Positions 51,307 to 61,586 of a DNA stretch of 64,000 bases are shown here, one piece after another; position 1 is the stretch's first letter; each line of letters starts with the position of its first letter. This DNA comes from Podarcis erhardii. Lineage: Eukaryota. Under the pieces are notes generated by a model. That model did not search any database. It saw only the letters and a program-made list of their open reading frames with translations, and was not told where the DNA came from. The position numbers were made by a program, and so were the translations under genes. The DNA is taken from assembly GCA_964252035.1 (NCBI GenBank), contig OZ176202.1, one strand, 5' to 3'.

Positions 51307-51437
51307 CATGGGTAGGAAACCTGTGGCCCGCCAGATGTTCCTGGACTACAACTCCCATCATTCCTGGCCAGGCTGGCTCAGGCTGATAGGAGCTGGAGCC
51401 AAACAGAGTCTGGAGGGCAACAGGTTAGGTACCCTTG
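51307..51437. mobile_element. hAT MITE with 8-bp TSD
   Basis: TIRs catgggtaggaaacctg / caggttaggtacccttg; TSD gtgtagac (51299-51306) and gtgttgac (51438-51445). Confidence 0.75.
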
Positions 51438-54400
51438 GTGTTGACAATACTATTAGCCATCTTCCTGTTAGCAGAGAGCTGCGCCCATGGGACAATAGGA
51501 CACACCTGCAGGTTCCTGTAACAGCTAACCAGATCAGGCCCCTTCACACCTAAGTTATTTGAGACTCCAGTATTTTAGGTTGTGTAGAATTACTTTTATG
51601 TGACATTCTACATAGAGATGGAATTAAAAAGGCATTGCCTTCACTGTTACAAGTTTTCCATTAGGAATTATACAATTGGCAGTCAAAAGGAGTTGTCGAC
51701 AGCCTCAATATAGCTATCTCCCACTCCAAGCAAAGGGTGAAGAAAATCCAATAGCATGAATGACCTCTTGTTGCACAAAGTAATAAAACAGCCTACAGTA
51801 AAAACGAAGGAGAGGTTATAATAGCTCTGTACAGAAACCTCAGTAATGATGATCAAATAAAGAGGGCAGCCTTTGATTCTTCCACTAGTTTGTTCTGAAA
51901 ATTAACATTTTCTTAAGAAAGTTAACTGATGCTTAAAGGCTGAAGGAAGCGGGAATAATGAAATGGGCATTGCTGGCCTTTACAAAAGCATCAGCAGTTC
52001 AATGGTCCATACATGGGAAGAAGAAAAATGGCTAGTTCTTATCTGTATAGCTTAAGAAATGTACATAAATTACACTTTAGTGCTCAATTTAGAAAATAAA
52101 AAATGAGAATAAGTTAATAAATATTACCCATCAACTCCAAAAGCTATGAATTGTTGCATGTATTCTGCTGGAACGTTGCTGGAACATTGCTTTCTAACCT
52201 ACCTTTAACAATCACTGCCCTGTATGAGAAAAGATTTATCCTGTAGAAACCAAGGAGTTTTTACAGGCTTCCTGGGGGTTCTGTAGTTGCAAACTGCATT
52301 TTCGTGGTCCAAATGTTTTCCCTCATGAGAGTAAAAAGCAGCTGGGGGGGGATTTTGAGTAGGGATGTCTTGACATCAAAGGGTCAAGCAGCCCCCCACT
52401 CATGCCAGTCCTCCACTCAGCACTGAAGCCTCCCAGTTTGCTTGCTTTTAAAGTTGTGCTAAAGTGAGGAGCAACAGCACTTAATATGTAAGTTTTCCCC
52501 TTACTGTCACGTAAAAGATTCTAACTAGAAAACCACCATTTACTACAAAATGGGTGGGTACCATGACACTTTGCTCAACATCTGAAGTAATAAACCTAAA
52601 TATAATCCCCATCAATGGACATCTGTGGTTTTGCATTAGAAATAACAGGTTGCCAGTATTTATTTCCACCGATTGGTTCGTTTCTTCTTTTTAAAAAAAA
52701 ATTAAACCATTATAGTATAATTGCGTAGTTTTAACAGTTTGCCATTCCTCTTCTCAAAAAGGCAAATTCAACTTATGCAAGATTATTTACAGATGGAAAG
52801 GCAGAGACAGAAAACTCAAACTGGCACTAACCATTACCATGGCAACCATTCAACAGTGGTCCAGAAACTGATTATTAGTATAGCAACCTACAGGGGGTGG
52901 AGAGGAGGGAGAATGTGGGAAGCAACAGTATTAATTTTGGAGGGATCAGGTATACCCATCTTTGGAACAGCTCTAATAACCACTTTCTCTTTAACCTACA
53001 CAATATATTTCTATCAACCATATAAGGCATGAGCACATTTGAAAAGCACAAGCTGATAAATCCTACAAACTGGTCTCATAACTTTTTTTTTAAGTATAAT
53101 CATACCACTAGCCCACAGAATTCCATTTCATAACACCTCTACCACAAAGGGGTCTAGGTTTGCTAAATGTATACAATATTGTAGTACAGAAGTACAGATG
53201 ATCATCATTACTAGCAGCTGCTTCAGGAGGTGAGGATTCAGATCAGGAAAACTGTGGGATAAGAGTTTTAACACCTCCTGCCTCCCTGCATGGCCTGACC
53301 AAATTTGTAGCACCTTCCACCCCCCTCACCTGTATTTGCATTTCCCTCCCCCCCCCCCCAATAGCAGATTTGATTTTAGCTCTTTTTAACAGCAGGCACT
53401 TTAGCCACAATCGTTCTGTGGGAAGAAATCAAGGGGACAGGCCCCTCTTTTCATGAGCCCAATTTTTCTCAGGCTTGAGCTTCCTACTTCCATTTCACCA
53501 GCATTTAACAGCTTGCAGGTTGCTTCAGGAATAATGTGATGATCTGACCAGGATCATAATCTGTTTACATTCAGGAATGTATTCTGACAAACAACACTGT
53601 TTGTGTCAGTTGGAATGCATCTCCATTGCTCATTTTAACTCACATAGATTATTAAAGATATTGGACGAATCTCACATAAAATTTAGGGCTGTTGGTTCAT
53701 GTGGAAGGAGATATACCTTAAACTGAACAGCAGGTGTGAGATATTCAGTGATGGAAGGAAGCTCTGCTCCCGGCCAGTTTTGATTCTTAACTAAGATACG
53801 TACAGCCTGCCCACACACTTCAATAAGCTTGGCCCCTTTATTATTGGCTCCCACCACCACCACCATCAGGTGTCCAGCATTTTTATCTACTGTAACATTT
53901 GTTTGCCACTTTGTCTTCTTATTCAAGTCTTTAAATTAATACTGAAATCAAAATGGATAGAAAACAAAAGGTGGCTTCCAAATTTATTTATGTCTGTCTT
54001 CACCCATTGCTTGCTGTCCAGCATGCAACCTGAACCCTGCCCTGAAGAGAACTTGGCTTTCTGAATATTGCTGTTATCAACCACACACAAAGTTTCCAGC
54101 ACTCATGATTGTAGACAAAATTTTGAAAATCAGGACTTGGGACACATGGAAGAAATTATACAATACACTAAAATATACAAAACTGTACATGTTAAGGAAC
54201 GCATTGTGCAAATGGACTGTGCAAAGGTATCGATTTGCACGAGATTCCAGTGCACAACACTTGTAGCTCTGCAATAAACTTATGAAAATGTGGGCTGCAA
54301 CACTGTAAATACACTGGACTCAAAGCATGTGATAAGACTTGCACAAACTTGCAACGCGCAATACTCGAAATCTAGTTAGCTTTACGCAAAATTTAGCGTA

Positions 54401-57400
54401 CAAAGTAGGTTTGCTTGGCAAGAAGTTAATCTTATTCAGTTTGACAACTGTAGCATTTTTCATGCACAGCTATGAAGAAAGGGAAGGTCTGGGATGGAGC
54501 AATTTCTTTCAGACATCTCCTACTGGTGTTATAACCACAAAACCTCCACTTTTGAAATGGTTCTTAAATCAGAGCTCCTTTTGGCTCAGAGAATCAGCAG
54601 CCAGATTTGCTAATGGGAGGCGGCCGGAGGGAGGGGCGCAGGACACATTAGGCATCAATTTCCTCTCATCTGCCATTAATCCAGTTCCATGAAAGAAAGT
54701 ATGTCTGAATTTCTCTTTCATATCACAAGCCTGGACTTTTCACACCAAAGGGAAAACCAGTACTGTACAGCTTTTGTAAACTGATCAAGATCTGGCAGAA
54801 AGAGAGAAAGGGGTGAATGGAACACTGAAAAGGAAATCATTTTCTGTAGCCAATACAAATTCTGATTGATGGTTGATGTGAAAACAAAAGGCTATCTCTC
54901 AACTTCCTCCTACCAGGGATGCAAAATGTGCTTCGCCTTCTCAAAGAAATCTACATATTTTTTAAAAAAATTGAAAGATATAAGAACAACATAAGAAAAG
55001 ATTATCTGTTTTCCTACACCTAACAATATGACAAATTCATTCCCTTCTCAGAAAGGGATTATCTCTATCAGTGATAGAGGAGAGATGAATAGTAGTCTCA
55101 CAAACATTCTCTCTGTCTGTCTCTTCCTTCCTTGTAATGTGACTATGCTGAGCTCTTCAGTGCATGCATTTTAAGTGAATAGGAGCTTGTTCAGAGCAAA
55201 CCTCTCCCTTGTTGCACTGAAGATGTGTGTGTGCTTGTGTGCCCACACACATAAAGAATTTAGCCATCTTGTCAGAAGAGAAGCATCTCAACATCAATTG
55301 GCTTATTTTATCTTCTCGCATTTAGCCTTGCAATTTAACTGACAAGCAGTATTGCTGGAGAGGATCTCATTAGTACCTTGATTTTAATAAAAGCCAGTTA
55401 AATTGGGGGAGGTAGAGAGAGATGACTAACAAGTAAAATACTAAATGCAGTGTGGGTGCATCTCTTCACCAGAGGGTTACACAGCAGCGACCTCAACTGG
55501 AACATTGTGACTCTGTGCCGGTTCTTGCTACAGTCAATTCCTCCCTCTCCTGCGTAATTAGTGCTTTCATTTACAAGAGCCATTTAGGCTTTAAAGAGAA
55601 TGGAGGTCTGTCTCTCAATAGCCTTTTTTTGCCTCAGCACCGCTTCAGGCAATGGGACCGGATTTCAGACAACACCGCCCCCCAAAGTAAAAAAAGCTCC
55701 ATGAGCTTTCAGTTCAAAAGGAAAGCACAGTTGAAATAATTACACGCCAAGAAGACGAAAGCCTGAACTTTCTCAGCATTAAAGAGCTATGCGAGGTCCC
55801 CCACAATTTAGTGGGAAATAAACCAAAGCAACAGAACTAAAAAAAATAATAATCTCCCTGTTAGACACTTTCAATAAAGGATTTCAATGCAACTAAAGGC
55901 CTCCACATAAGGAAAGGAAGCACAGCTCTTCTACTGAATGGGAAGTGCTGGTGGGGAACAGGCGGAACACCTGCCAGCAGTATATTGAAAGAGACCCAAA
56001 CATATTTGGAAATCTAAACACACGTCAGCAGGGTTGAGCAGCCTTTCTGAAACGGTTCTCTCTTCAGGGACTCGATGTGCTCTGCATCTTTCCGCAGTGC
56101 CTTGGCTTTAATCTATTGATTCCTAATGCACCTAGCCTACTTGCAAAGAGAGAGAAATCACCAGTACATTGCAACACACAAGCATGTTTGGCCCCCATCT
56201 TGGGTCAGCAAAGGGCTGCAGCGGGGGTGGGGGACGTCAATGGCATTGAGTTCTGTGGAGCTGCCCTGGGCATTCTTAGGTGTGGGGGGTTATATTCTAT
56301 TGAGCTTTTATTGAGTGCCTTGTAATACACACACAGCAGCTGGCAAGGCTTCCCATTCTGAATGAGTTATGGTAATTTATATCCCCTCTGCATACTTAGC
56401 CCCCTCCCTTTTCCCTTGCCAAAATTACACTCTTATTCATCACTATCCTACTTGCACTCCCTATGATGTCTCCCCCTTAAAAACCTGCCCCTGTTATCTC
56501 CCAGCCCTTTTGCAAACACTTGCCAGCAGCCACCACTTAAAAAGAGAGAGAGGGAGAGAGGAAAGCTTGCCTTCAACCAAGACCTCAGAATGAAGTGCAG
56601 GAATTACTCATAGACCAGTGACATGTTACAGTGCGTTTAGTCACTATATAAATGAGCTTTTCACTTTTGAAAGAAAGAAACAAGGAGACTCTAAAGACTG
56701 AACAATTATGGGAGAATGGATAGATTATTCCAGAGGAATTTGCAGCAAGGGAATTGGCAAGGGATTGTGGTGTGTGACGAAAGTTCCTCAGCAAGGCAGA
56801 AAAAGAATCGGCTTAGGAATCAAAGAGCTCTCTTAGACCCTTACCTTAACATTGCTTATTAAGGCTGCACTTTGCAGGGAGTAATCTTCCAAGGACTTTA
56901 TGGAGTAGACATGCACAGGACTGCACTGCAATAAGAGTTATTAATATGATTTTATTGCAAGGACCTTCTGGAAGCTACCTTGGGGCTCTAAGGCTAGATA
57001 GTTTGTTTTGAAAACACCCAAATCATGGCATTACTGCCAAAGTTGCAGGGGGTATCTTGCAGGAATTACCTTTGATCTGCAAAAGTTTGTTGGAGTTGTG
57101 AGTGAACAGAATAACAGGTCTTGTCATTGAGTAGGTATTTTTGGATAAAATCTAGGGAAGGTTTTACACATAGCTTTTGGTCTTAGTGAAGGCATACAGC
57201 TAGTCAGAAAGTAAAAACATAACTGGAAGTCGGACCTTTTATCTGGAAACTCTTCCTCCCAGTCCTAAGTAACTGAGAGGTTAGTCACCATTACCTGAGA
57301 GAGTTACTCTGCACCTGCTCAAATACATTCCCTTAATATACCTTATTAATTTATCAACTCAATTTCTATGCCTCTTAGTAATCAAAACATTCTCTGGGTG

Positions 57401-57863
57401 GTGTACACAAATAATGATTAGCAATAAAAAAAGTTTGAAGGGGGAAGTCCAGACCTAAAAAATCCACAGGCCCCAGTGCTGGCACTACAAACAATGGTTT
57501 TAAGTTCTGGTTCAAATGAGATCCTGCTTAAAAACAGGAAAACATTTGGTTCACACACCGTGGCGAACCTACAGCAAAACTTGATGGAACCCAGGATACT
57601 GCAAGCCTGGAAAAAAGTCGAGGGTGGAGAAAGCCCTCCAACCAAGTTATGTGAAGGGGCAGCAGGAGCCACAAGAGGCTCTCCATCCAGGCCAGGCTGT
57701 TTTTCTTAAGCAAGGCAGGCAAGGAAGCTGAAGGGAAAACCAAACGGGGAAGGAGGTGAGTCGGAGAAGGAGCTATGGTGCCCGCTACCTGTAGGGCTTG
57801 GCCTGCCGCCTGGTCACCGAGGCGTGATTAGCTGAACCTGGTAGGAATAACCCAAAGTCCATG

Positions 57864-58145
57864 TCTTGCTTTTTCCTGTAAGACCTATTGCAGTCGTTAA
57901 GAGTCGTCAACAGGCTCATCACAGCTATCTGCCAATCACCCATTCCCACCACCCTTCTGAGTAATACCCCTCCCCACCTTCTCACTATATAGAAGGGTCT
58001 GGTGACTTCTGTTTCAGTGTATCTGAAGAAGTGTGCATGCACACGAAAGCTCATACCTAGAACTAACTTAGTTGGTCTTTAAGGTGCTACTGGAAGGAAT
58101 TTTTTGTTTTGACTATGGCAGACCAACACGGCTACCTACCTGTAA
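57864..58145 (+). mobile_element. Penelope-like element terminal (pseudo-LTR) fragment with 12-bp TSD
   Basis: Direct repeat ccaaagtccatg at 57852-57863 and 58146-58157; contains a hammerhead motif followed by gttggtctttaaggtgctac. Confidence 0.7.
58019..58056 (+). ncRNA. Putative minimal type I hammerhead ribozyme
   Basis: Stem I GUAU/AUAC, CUGAAGA, extra A, stem II GUGUG-CAUG-CACAC, GAAA, palindromic AGCU loop III, cleavage triplet CUC (C58052). Confidence 0.7.
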
Positions 58146-58149
58146 CCAA

Positions 58150-60450
58150 AGTCCATGGTTAGGGAAGGGCAACACTGGGCCGACGACGACGCTGCAGACT
58201 GGAGGGGGGAGAGAGACGCTCAAGAGGAGCCTTTATGGCGAGGCACGCTGACTTGCAAAGTTGCGCCTCGCCGGACAAAGCGGAGCTGACTTTAAAGCAA
58301 AACACGCGCGCGTAGAAACGGGCCTACCTGAGGCTACAACCCTGTCCCTGTATACACTTGGAAAAGGGTTCGAGCCCCCCAACTCCATGGGACGCAGAAC
58401 TGAAGTAGGTCTGCTTTGTTCAAGAAGCACTTAAAAAAAGAGAGAGAGAGCGCCCGCGGCTCTGTCGCGCGCCACTTTTGCTGGAAAACTCGGCGCCCAA
58501 AAGGAGGCCCGGCGTCTCCGCGCGTCTCCCTCCCTCCCTCCCTCCCTCCCCGCTGGGCCGGCCGGACTCCCGCGCGCCCACTACCTCCTGGAAGAGCTCC
58601 AGACTGTAGGTGTTGTCGTCGTCGGCGAAGAAGACGACGCCCGGCTGCGGGGCAGGCAGGCGCTGGTGCCTCTGGCGGACCCAAGCCAGGCCGGCGTTGC
58701 GCTGCTCGGTGGCTCGGGGTTGCCCGGGCCGCTTGAACCTCCTGGGCGTGAGGGCGTGCAGGTGGGTGCAGGGCGGGCCCCCGCTGCGCAGGAGCCCCGC
58801 CACGAAGCGGCTGACCAGCTCGGTGCCCACGGCGGAGTCTTCCACCAGGACCCAGTGCAGGCGCGCCACCTGGCGGAACGTGTTGGCCAGGCGCGTCAGC
58901 TCGGCTTTCTGCACCGGGCGGCTGTAGGTCGGCGTGATGGTGTAGATGACGGGCAGTTCGGCCTCCCGGCGCCGCGGCTGGGACAGGGGCTGCCGCGAGG
59001 AGGCGGGCGGCGGACGGGGCGCCCGGTGGCTGCCGCCCGTGTCCAGCATGACGATCACCAGCAGCATCCAGGGCAGCAGCACCAAGAAGCGGCTCAGCAG
59101 CAGCGACTTCATGCTGGGGCCCCGGCCCCGGCCGCCCTCCGCCTCGCCGCCCGGGGAGCCCCCGCCGCCGCCGCCGCCGCCGCTGCAGCCCTCACAGCAG
59201 TGGCAGCGGCAGCGGGGCATCGCGGAGCCGCCGCCGAGGCTGCTCTTGCCGGCGCCTCCTCCTCCTCCTGCGGAGAGATTCAGCCTGCGCTTCCCTCGCC
59301 ATGGAGCGGGCGGCAGGGCGCACGGAGGGACGCCGGGCTTCCTGGCACACGGGAGCTCGGCGCTGCGCACCTGGAGCGGAGGAGCCGACGGGACCGCCCG
59401 CCTTGGCGCCGACACCTTGGGGGAGAGCGCAGGACGGTCGCCCGGCTGCTTCGGAGGCGGCGAGGCCCCGCTTCTTCCCGCCTGTCTCCTGTGCGGAGAG
59501 GAGGAGGAGGAGGAGGAGAAGAGGCCACTGACCGACCTCCCGCGGGGAAAGGCGGAGACCGGCGGCGGGCTGCTGTGGGAGAGGCGCCCCCGGAGCGGGG
59601 ACCACCGACCTACCCCAAACTCTCCGTTCTTCTTTCTGCGCTCCTTCTTCTGTCTCCGGAGAAGCGCTGCAGGGCGTGATGGGGCTGCCCCCCCCCCCCA
59701 CACAGCCGCCGATCCTTCTATTACTAGTCTTGTTTATTTATGCCAAAGCTCCCGGTCTTTCTGCCGCTGCTTTCCTTCTTTCTTCCCTTTCAGCATCGCT
59801 TTCCTCCCGTCCGCCTCCGAAGCAGCAGCGGGACGACGGAGGGGGGGGGGTGTTGGGGAAGGAAAGAAAGGGGTGCGCGGACGCGGGAGAGTCCCGAACT
59901 CTTCCACTTTCCTTCTTCCCCGAGCCGGGCGGCTTCTGGAAACACTCGGCTGTCCTGGCGGACGGGCAGTCGGGGGAGCGCGGCGGGATGACTGGTGGGG
60001 GCGGGGGCGGAGAGAAGGATCCAGCCAGGAGCGAGTCTTCTCGGCGGCAGGCGGCTTCACTGGGCGCTTACGGTGGTGCTCGCGTGTCGGAGAAGAGGGG
60101 GAGGGATCCCCTCAGGGCTGATGCGGCGCAGGCGGGTGGGGTGGGAGCCGGGGAGCCTCCCTCCCACTTTCCGAGTAGCTGCAAGGATTGCTGCCCTTGT
60201 TCTCGTTTTGCACTGCAGGGTCTCTCTTTCTCTCTCTGTGAAACATAAGGCAGTGAAGAGGTTCACGTGCTGAAAACTCCAGAGACCTGGAAAGGGGCTG
60301 GGTTGCGCCGGGAGAGGGAGAGGAGGCGGGGGCGGGGGCGGAATCGGGGTTGGAGCGGAGATTTAGTCACAGCACCGCGAAGGAGAAGATGGGAAAAGGT
60401 TGCTGTTTGCAGCCAGCCCGCTAGCCAAACACAGCCGAAGGGAGAAGTTG
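58150..60450. promoter_or_regulatory. B3GAT2: CpG island covering the B3GAT2 promoter and exon 1
   Basis: Sharp rise in GC and CpG content; tandem GGCGGG boxes at 60324-60341; (CCG)n at 59163-59182; (GAG)n near 59500-59520. Confidence 0.88.
58585..59112 (-). CDS. B3GAT2: B3GAT2 exon 1 coding part (176 aa), MKSLLLSRFLVLLPWMLLVIVML...FFADDDNTYSLELFQE; galactosylgalactosylxylosylprotein 3-beta-glucuronosyltransferase 2 (GlcAT-S)
   Basis: N-terminal TM segment, ITPTYSRPVQKAELTRLANT, DDD motif; gtagtg donor; four exons total 909 nt = 302 aa + stop. Confidence 0.96.
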
Positions 60451-61154
60451 CTGTGCGGCGGCTGGGTATTGTATTGGAAGAAGTCAGGCGCTGAGCCTTT
60501 GGCGGCAGCAGCACCACCAAAGCGGGGGGGGGGGGGGAGAGAGAGAAGTAGAGGATATTCCTGCTGGTACTTCTTCCCCTTGGAATCTCTCTGAGGGCCA
60601 CCCTGGTTTTTATTTTTAAAGGGTGGTGGTCGTGTGAAGATGGAAAGTATATGCTCCATACTCGGGGATCTTCCTCCTTTCATCAACGCCGCCGGAGTCT
60701 AAAGGAGAAGCCTTGTGTCAACTCTTACTGTTCCGCAACTGGAGGGGAGACACAAGGCGGGCGTTTTCGCTGTCTTGAAACGGCTTGGGGGTATTTATAT
60801 ATCGTCGTGGTTTTTATAGTTAAGCAGGGTGGTAGGGGCGTCTAGTCCTTTTGGGACCAGAACTAGACACTTGGAAGATACTAATTTTCTGGATCCATTT
60901 CAGCCTGAGTTTGGCACCGGGATTGCCTTTTCCACCTTGTAGGATGACCTTCGTTGGGAGGGGGGGGAGGAGGGTGTGATCCTGTTGATTCTCCTAGATC
61001 CCTCACCCTGAGCATCTTTTTATACAGTTGAGCATAGTATCCTTCTGGAGCGGCTGCCTCAGCTGGGTCTGCGAAGCAATGCTTTGCAATAGTTCTCAGT
61101 CTTATTTGCACAATTGACTCCAGAAAGTGGTTTCAGGGAGCACCAAACAATGTA

Positions 61155-61396
61155 CAGTGGTACCTCAGGTTTCATGCGCTTCAGGTTACATACGCTTCAG
61201 GTTACAGACTCTGCTAACCCAGAAATAGTGCTTCAGGTTAAGAACTTTGCTTCAGGATGAGAACAGAAATCATGCTCCGGTGGCGTGGCAGCAGCGGGAG
61301 GCCCCATTAGCTAAAGTGATGCTTCAGGTTAAGAACAGTTTCAGGTTAAGTACAGACCTCCGGAATGAATTAAGTACTTAACCTGAGGTACAACTG
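61155..61396 (-). mobile_element. pogo/Tigger-like MITE (family A)
   Basis: TA-cagtggtacctcagg ... gaggtacaactg-TA. Confidence 0.85.
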
Positions 61397-61513
61397 TAGT
61401 AGGATCTACAGGGTGGGACTTTGTAGGGTTCAATTTTACCACCACTACTTAACATGAGACCACTGAGTGGTAATATCTTATGGTCTGGTAACCTTTTGGT
61501 TTGATTACTGAAC

Positions 61514-61586
61514 CACAGAATTGTAGTGTTGGAAGGAACCCTGAGGGTCATCTAGACCAACCCCCTGAAATGCAGGAATCTCAACT
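61514..61586 (-). mobile_element. CR1 3' tail remnant
   Basis: cacagaattgtagtgttggaaggaaccctgagggtcatctagaccaacc. Confidence 0.65.

Noticed and set aside
58666-60121. Long + strand ORFs (337 aa, 391 aa) and the 427-aa - strand ORF starting at 59703
   Set aside because: Stop-poor GC-rich CpG island; the + ORFs are antisense shadows of B3GAT2 exon 1, and the 427-aa call begins at a GTG and runs past the splice donor.
60360-60530. CAGCACC half-sites suggesting REST/NRSE elements (also at 55634)
   Set aside because: The right half GGACAG is absent; the match is too weak.
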